Assembly (NCBI GenBank): GCA_051294375.1
Contig: CM119264.1
Coordinates: forward strand, 11,631,030-11,695,029
Reading direction: 5' to 3'
Source of the DNA: Paraspadella gotoi
Taxonomy: Eukaryota; Animalia; Chaetognatha
Length of the DNA: 64,000 nucleotides
Below, piece after piece: positions 56,031-64,000 of this stretch. Position 1 is the first letter of the stretch, and every line of letters begins with the position of its first letter. The notes beneath the pieces are model-generated. The model was not told the origin of the DNA. It searched no databases and was given only the letters and a program-made list of their open reading frames with translations. The position numbers were made by a program, and so were the translations under genes.

Positions 56031-59000
56031 NNNNNNNNNNNNNNNNNNNNNNNNNGAAGAAGGAGAGAGAAAGAGAGAGAGAGAGAGGAGAGAGAGAGAC
56101 GATGAGAGAGATAGAGTTGAGGTCAACGACCCTGTTTAAAATGACGACGTCAAAGAGGTACGGCGTCTTGGAGAGACACGGTCTCACGGGCAGCGAGGAA
56201 CGAACGAACCGGCTGGTGGGTTAAACAATTTCCGCCGTATTTTCCTTAACAGGCCGAGGGATTATAGAATTTTCCCCCCGCCTTCCAAATAGTTTTTCCC
56301 GCGAGACACGTTGGCCTGCTCGCCGGCGGGTTGAGAGTGGGGTTCGGCCGCCGCGATGAGAAAGTTCGCCTCGTGGCCAAGAGGTGGACGTCTCGTAAAA
56401 CCTTGAGAGTTTCGAGAGATAAATTCTAAAAATCGGAAGCGGCATTTAACCGCCGGAATCACTTTTACGACGTTTTTATGACTCGTAAAAAACGAGAAAC
56501 GGTTCATCGTTCGTGACCTGGAGTCCGGGTTTGGGGTTCTCGTTGAATTTGAAATCTAAGGTTCGTTTGAATCCACTTTTGAACAAAAAAATTAACGCCC
56601 AAACGGGGAAAAGTTGATCCTTTTTCAAAAAAATCACAAATGAGTTTTGAGAAATGCTTTATCCGGTTTGGGCGGGGAGATTCGAAATCCCTTTCGTTTG
56701 TGGGTTCCGGTCCCGGAGCGGCGGTGGGGTTTTCGCGCATGTCTCGTTTTCGCGCGCCGGGTTTGAACCCGGTTCAGCGTGATTTTCGAGCCCGGAGGTG
56801 TGGGCTTAGAAAAAACTTTAACGTGGAAAAATCACATTTTTTTTTTTCGTAAGTTGGACGCAGAGCGAAAATCGCGCTCTGCGAGGAACGAGCGAAAGAT
56901 CGCGTCTTCGCGCTTCTATTATCTCTCCTCTCACCTGCGGGCGCGTGTCGAAGGTCAGCGGAAAATGAGGGGGAGGACGAAAATATCTTTCCTGAGACGG
57001 AATCCACGGCAAAAGGTCGGGGGTCGGTTTCCCCGTTTATCACGGTTTGGCCGCCTTGAAATCCGCTGAAATAACCGAGAGCCTTTCGCCGGAAATGTAC
57101 CGGAAGATTAAATTTGAACTCGTCGAATTTGCCGTCTTGGCAAGTTGAAAAGCTCGAAGTGAAAGACGAGGAGAAGCGAAGGGCAGAAAAGAGTTGAAAA
57201 AGCCCGACGGGCGTTATGCGCTTTGAGAGGAAAAAAAAAAGAGAGAAAAAAAAGTAAATGGGAGGAAAATATGCGGTTTAATGGCCTAAAAGAATAAATT
57301 TTGTTTTAAAAGAAAACCGAAAATATCTTTGTGATGGAAATTTCCAAATGAACTAACGAGAGCATCATTTTTGTTCTACGAGTTTTTTTTTTTTCTTTCC
57401 TGGAAATCTGAAGTTTTTTTTGCTTTTTTTTTGTTACGGTGTCTCGCCAGGGAAGGCTTTCGTTTTAAAGGGAAGGATCGCCCTTGTAAAAAAATATGGA
57501 CAAGCCAGTTGAGATTATTTTAAACGGGAAAATATTTTTTTTTCTTTTGGAGGGGGGGGGTGGATGGTGATTAAGGATTGGAGGGCAAAGGGAGGAGAGG
57601 GTTTGGTTAAGAAAGGAAGGGATTAAGTGGGCGTTTAAGTTTGTTTGGTATCGTTTTGAGGAAGGTATAAAGATTTTTAGTATTGTAAAAGGGGAACAGT
57701 AAGGGGAAAAAGGGTGACGGGAAGGGAAGAAGAATCTGGAAAGCGGAGGAATGGAAAAATAAGAAGTGAGAAAAGGTTGGGGGAAAAGGTGGATAAGGGG
57801 GTAAGTAAGAAAGTCAGGAGTGCAGAAAGAAATAAGAGGCGCAGAGGAAGCTGGAAAAAGGCCGTCCGAATATTTTTTGGCCGGTTCAAAGATTTCTGCT
57901 GGAGACGAAAAGGCGGTGGTTTATCGGTTAATTTCGGGAGAAAAATCGGAAAAATTAGGCGATGCTATAAGTGAGCTTCAGCAGGGCGGACCAGCAACTA
58001 TCTCTCTACTCTATCCCGCGCTCTCTCTCCTATTTATCTATTTTTTTCCATCTATCTATCTATCTTCTATCCTATCTATCTAATTCTATCTATCTATCTA
58101 TCTTCTATTTTTCTTCAAAGTATCCTTATTTTAATTATTACGGGACTGGCTGCCCACGTTTGAAATTGTCCATCTTCTTTTGTATAATTCCTCAAGCCGA
58201 AAAGATGCATATCTTCCCGGGAGAACTCCTCCGTCCCGAATGATTAAACCGCTTTCGCGCACCACCTTGCCCTTTTTTTTCACATCACATTTTCCATGGC
58301 GGTCCAACAGTCGACGGGTCGCATCATGGCTTTCGTAAATCACTCCTTCCTCAGATTCCACCGAAAAAATTCTTCATTTCCTACTTTCCCAGTTAATTGT
58401 CCCTTGGCCAAAAACTCTTGGCCCCCGACTCCTTGGTCTGACCCCTTAAATTTCATATCACTATTAAAAAAAAAAAAGAGCAAATGGTAATCATCAGAAA
58501 TAATGTGAAAGAACCGTTGACATGAAGACGACGACGAGTCCGACGTCCTTCATCTATGACAGTCACCCGCGTCCTCAGCGTTATTTGAATGAAATCCCTT
58601 TTAAAAGGAACCAACATCAACTGGTCTTTGCCATTTTTGAATTTCTAGAGATCCACGGCCAGGTGGCTGTTTTTAGGGACACAGATTCTCCAGTCAGGGG
58701 GTGAGTGAAGTTTTCTTGGAATCCAAAATTTAGAGCCAGTTATATCTTAAAAACTATTATATTAAGTGAAGTAACTAATTTTGTAAGTTATTTTTAACTT
58801 TTATGAGTTGATGAAGAAAATTAATAAATCTCCTTAAAATTTAAAAGTGTTTAGCCTATTATTATACTTATTATTATATTATAAATAGAGCCTCCACTGG
58901 GGCCACTAATTTATAGAATTTAAAAATAAATTTCAGAAAGTATTTTTAAAATGGTTTTATTTCCCATGTTCTATAATGCAAATTTTAATTTTTTATATAA

Positions 59001-61949
59001 ATTTTATTTATTATAACATCACTCTTTATTCTCCAGCCCCCGACGGAAATTAATCTTGTTTAAAACGCTCTAAATTATGATTAATAATGAACACTCATAT
59101 TTGAATTTTTTAATTTTTTTTATTTTACGGCATTTGCGATAAAAACCAGAAAGGCGGGAACAGAGAGAGAGGAGAGAGAGAGGAGAGATGAGAGAGAGAG
59201 TAGAGAGAAGAGATAGCAAGTGATATTACCATGGAGAACGTTTACGACTATTCAAAGCTAAATGATGGTCCAGATTCTAAAGCGGAGGAGGGTCACTAAG
59301 TGACGCCCGACCAAAACTGGGACTATATCGACACGATACTACTGACAGCTTTAAAACGGACCTTACAGGCCTGAATTCCCAGTGGCACCACACCCATACA
59401 AGGAAATTTTAGGGCGAGAAAAAAGGAAGCGAGTTGGAGACTGAAGGGCAAAAAAGAAAGACAAGAAGGTAATTTTGTTTCCGAGAAGCGAAAGGAAAAA
59501 ACAAAAAATAATAGAGGAACAACACAGAAGCAAGCCTAATCCTAAGAAACGAGGAAATTGAGTGTTTGGTAACGAGGGAAGGAAAAGAGAGGAGAGGAGA
59601 GACGGGAAGAGACGGAGAAGGAATGGAAGGGAAAAAGTCCTAACAAAGGAGATCTCACGGAACGCGACTCAGAAAATTGGCAACAGCGCCCCTATATGAT
59701 ATTCCATTTGGTCATGATAGAAGAGATTTTTAAATAGTTAAGAAAAGTCTTAAAATATTATATTTTCTGCGCTCCGTACACAAAAAAAACAATAGATTAT
59801 CAATGATTAGTAATTTACAAATTACAAGAATTTTTACACGGCGAGAAATAATTCATTTTTTTAAAACTTTCTAAGCCAAAAACTTCAAAGCTTGACTTGC
59901 AACTCTTTTTTAATGTTTCCTTGCTAATGTCATATAGTCATTAGTCAGTGGTTGACGGCCTGCAAAATTGGGAGCCCTCTATCTTTTTAGTTATAATATA
60001 TTAATAGACAAGACCTGCTTTTGAATGCAGAGAGTGAGAGTTCAAAGCAGAAAACCGAACTTCAGAGATTATTAAAAATCAAAAAAAACTTGAAAAGCGA
60101 TCGTGAAACTTTTGTCATTGCCTATTGAGAGGAAACAACTTGATTTGTCAATAGAATGAGAAGACTCAAAATTTTTTTCACTGATTATGTGACTTATTTG
60201 CCACGGTTAAATTAAATAGTATTCAAATTGGATCAAAAGTACCCGTGGATATCCTTGTGATGGGAGAATTAAGTAAAAATTGGAAAGGTTGTTTAAGAAG
60301 AAAAAAGTAGAGGAAAGGTAAAGAAAAAGGAAATGTTTAAAGAATGAAGGGAAAAAAGGTCACAAAGAAGCAGCACAGAGAAGACGGAAGAAGGTCTTTG
60401 GATAAAGTAGCGGAACAAGGGATCGAAAAAATGAGGAAGAAAGTGCGATGAAATAGTTATTAGACTGCTGCATCAAAAAACAAGTACTTGCTTGTATTTG
60501 TATTGTAATTTACGGTCTTTCATATTCTGTTTGTTTTTTTTAACATCGATTAAGGTCAAGAATACTATTCTTTGTCTTTATATTAAATTTATTGCATGCC
60601 TCATAAAGCAATGCGTGTCACCTCGCCTCATGTGCCTTACACGGCTCATTCCTCCAACGATAATTTCCCTCCTCTTCGACGTTTGAGTGAAGAAGGCTCC
60701 GAGCCTCTTTTTTTTTGCAGTCACCGAAGCGTAAGCTTAGAAAGCCATAGTGAAACCTGATGTCTTTAGTTAGACTCTAGACGAAAATGATAACAAACCC
60801 CAACCGAAAGGTCGAATTCATATAACCTCAATGACTTTTCCACACTATCTATCCCAATACTATACGTATTCGACACTGGGTTCAACTTTTAAACTATAAA
60901 GCAAAATTCTTGAAAATGTCATATACAATAATCATCCCAAAGCTTTTAATTTAAAAAATACAAAACTTTATATAAATCAATAAAATTAGATGTTCTATAT
61001 AATAGAAGGCCTTTTTGCGTTGATCCATTTTTTCTTTTTGTACTTAAGACGCTCTATGATAATTTTAATCGGTAAAAAACAGTTCAAAGAACAAACTCTT
61101 AAACGTCAACTTCAATTCCAGTTAATTTCTTTCTTGTCGGCGATTATTATCCAGATTAGAACTTATGCCAACCTGAGTAAACGGAAAGCAAAGAAGGTTT
61201 GTTTTCTATAATATCACATACAGTTTTTCCACTAAATACTAATAAATAAGACCATAAAATAAATAAAATAGAATTACATTCTTAGGTGGATTAAAACACT
61301 TTAAAGTAACAATAACATATATAAATATCGAATTATTATAATAAGTTTAGTTTACCACTAAAAATTAGTTATAACGTTTATGGTTCGCTCATATGTTTTT
61401 CTCTGGTTATGCCACACCTAGAGTAAATCCGTAATCAGCCCACAATTTCTGTGATATTTTGTTTATATGTTTCCTTATTTATTTAGTAAACTTCCAGTTC
61501 CCAGGCCTCTCTTCTGCCAACAACATTGTCCTTGAGTTTATCATATCTCGCGCGCCGAAGGCTAATCGTTCAGTCCAACCCGCTTCAACTAGATTTCCTC
61601 CTTGTTCTTTTGTGCCACGGATCCTAATTCTTTTCCTTCCTCGAGGCTTTTTAACTAACGTAATTGAAGGGCGGGGCGCGGGGCGGCGGAAGCGTGGCCG
61701 GCGGGCCTGGGGTGGGGGTTAGGGGACGGGTAAAGTTTGGGTTAAGTGTTTGGTCGGGTGCATATGACAACGTTGGACAAATTTAGGCGCGCCTCTCGGC
61801 GGGTTATTCTAAGTAACTAAAAACTCAAGAACTTTCCGTGCAGAAGGATTCTGAAGACCGATGGCGATCATAATTTTGGGTTGGGTGGAAGCCGTCACTG
61901 GTTTTGGTCCCTATCACAAAAGATGATTAAAAGTGCCTGTTTCTTTGCA

Positions 61950-62196
61950 GCGGCCTCAGTGGCCAGTGGACTAAATGCACCACCCAAGTGCGTCCCTGGT
62001 TCGAGCCCTGAGGTATTGTTCCAAGTAGAAGAGTGGGATGGACCGGGTAACCCCGCCTGGTTAGGCATGGGCCTACTGCAGAACCCAAAGCTCTGTGACT
62101 ACATGAACATGCCGTCTCGCCTGTCGCACGAGGTGACACCGCTGCGGGGTGTGGCGCCTGTTAAACCAGCCTCTTCAAGCGAAAGGTTTTTTTTTT
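61950..62196 (+). ncRNA. Second copy of the tRNA-derived Pol III unit (within the direct duplication)
   Basis: Same head (cggcctcagtggccagtgg…ggttcgagccctgagg), body and T-run, with indel noise. Confidence 0.6.
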
Positions 62197-62209
62197 AGTG
62201 GTAAAAATT

Positions 62210-62560
62210 CCCGGCGCGACCGCGTCGTCGGCCGATTCGGTCGCGGCGAGTCGTCGGGTCGGCGATCGGATCGGTCGAATGGGTCGGTCGATCGGTCCGA
62301 ATGCGGTCGAGTCCGGTCGATCGGTCGGTCGGTCCGATTCGTCGGACGCCCCCGTCGGTCGGTCGGATCGGTCGACCGTCGGTCGGTCGAGTCGTCGACT
62401 CGTCCCGTCGGTCCGATCGTGTGGTCGATCGGTCGATCGGTCGATCGGTCGGCGTCGTCGTCGGTCGGGTCGGTGTCGTCGGTCGGTCGGTCGATCGGTC
62501 GATCGGCTCGATCGGTCTGGTCGGTCCCGGTCGGTCGGTCGGTCCCGGTCGGTCGGTCCG
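62210..62560. repeat. Second copy of the (TCGG/TCGA)n satellite
   Basis: Same unit composition and same position relative to the second Pol III copy. Confidence 0.9.
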
Positions 62561-63558
62561 AAATTGCGACGGATAAATGTCTTTTTTCTCCCTCAAGACC
62601 TATTTGGGTTCGGATGGAGGAATTTCCCGTTGGCGGTAAGACGACGACAAATGTCAGTCCTGTTGGTCGGCATCTCGAAACGGCAACAGGTTTGTGTTGG
62701 ACGGTTTAAGGAGGAACAATGGGAGGTTAGAAGAGATAAAAAAAACCCGATGAAATCAACTGGCAATGAAACCCGATCAGACGGGGCAACAGCAAAGAGC
62801 AAGATTGACCCAAAGAACAAACAATCTTTGATGGGACCGCGAAGGAAATTCCTGTAAATTATCGCCACAAAGCAAATTCCTCACTTCTCTCTCTCCTCTC
62901 CTCTCTCTCTTCTCCCTTTCATTGAGCAGTCTTTTTTTTTCTCTTCTCAATTTGCTCTGACTTTGCAAACAAGAAAAAATATGATGGTGAAGAGATCATT
63001 TCAAGTTTCTCTACTTTGTTTACGACTCCAGACTCAAACAATAAACTTTATAAAAATTTAAGCCAGTTATAATAAAAGTTTAGCAGCTCATTTCCCAGGG
63101 ATTTCTTACAAATTTTAAAATTTTTTAACAAGTCTAATTATAAATTAAAGCCGCAGCAAACGCCGGAAATCTCCCTCCAAATCCCTCGCCAACAAGCACT
63201 GAGGATAATTTCTTTTGAAGAGCGGCCGGCCTGACCGCCCGCGGCGGGCGCACCGCTTAAGCTTTTACGCGGGCCTACCACGGCCCCGCGGTTGGCGCGA
63301 CCTGGGCCGCTTCCCAACGAAGGTCTGCCACCGCAACCCACGGCTACCGTTCCCGTCGTTTCACAGCTACTTTTGGCGCGCCTCTCACTCGCCCACGTTC
63401 GGCTCTCCCGCCATATTTTTTTCTTCAAAAAGTCGTTAGCTTTTTTCCGCAGATTTTTTAGCGGTCTTTCTCGCAGACCTTTTCCTTGATCCTTTCGCCA
63501 AGTTTTAAGATTTTTCATTCGACCTGATCTGACAACTTCTTCTTCCGTTTGCTCACCC

Positions 63559-63593
<35 letters not shown>

Positions 63594-64000
63594 NNNNNNN
63601 NNNNNNNNNNNNNNNNNNNNNNNNNNNNNNNNNNNNNNNNNNNNNNNNNNNNNNNNNNNNNNNNNNNNNNNNNNNNNNNNNNNNNNNNNNNNNNNNNNNN
63701 NNNNNNNNNNNNNNNNNNNNNNNNNNNNNNNNNNNNNNNNNNNNNNNNNNNNNNNNNNNNNNNNNNNNNNNNNNNNNNNNNNNNNNNNNNNNNNNNNNNC
63801 TCTCTCTCTCTCTCTCTCTCTCTCGCTATCTCTCTCTCTTTCGCTCTCGTTTCTCTGATGAAGAGAGTTTTATGAAGGACGTGAGATCTTTGTGAAGTAA
63901 TCCTTGAGCCACGAAACTTTGGCCAAGAAGTGACTAGCGGATGGAGAGATGAAATGAGAGGGTTAAAAGTGAAGGGGTGAAATGAACGAAAGTTTGCACG

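Larger units (their letters stand above)
56110..64000. repeat. Direct duplication, copy 2 (noisy; runs off window)
   Basis: Colinear with 41698-50111. Begins just after a 25-N gap and a (GA)n tract. Confidence 0.92.

Overview
Repeat-rich eukaryotic (metazoan) draft scaffold with GT-AG introns, abundant (GA/CT)n and (GAC)n microsatellites, 12 N-gaps and long indel-rich stretches that look like unpolished long-read gap fill. Almost all ORF-track entries are noise. Reading splice sites by hand recovers one multi-exon minus-strand gene spanning about 2.9-41 kb. It encodes a type I immunoglobulin-superfamily membrane protein: V/I-type Ig1, CD80-like C2 Ig2, two non-canonical Ig domains lacking the F-strand Cys, a TM helix, and a probable cytoplasmic tail with repeated N-Y-A-N motifs and a C-terminal VKL. 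A head-to-tail ~11.9-kb tandem duplication bounded by CTCCGA microhomology (7663/19490/31443) duplicates a phase-2/phase-2 three-exon cassette of this gene, so it would add two Ig domains in frame. Upstream (41.7-64 kb) is a second, noisy direct duplication carrying a structured ~245-nt tRNA-headed Pol III unit next to a TCGG/TCGA satellite. A structured fragment resembling an RTE retroposon 5'UTR lies near 54.1 kb. Three inverted repeats sit next to 25-N gaps and are probably assembly artefacts. Annelid/lophotrochozoan origin is only a weak guess.
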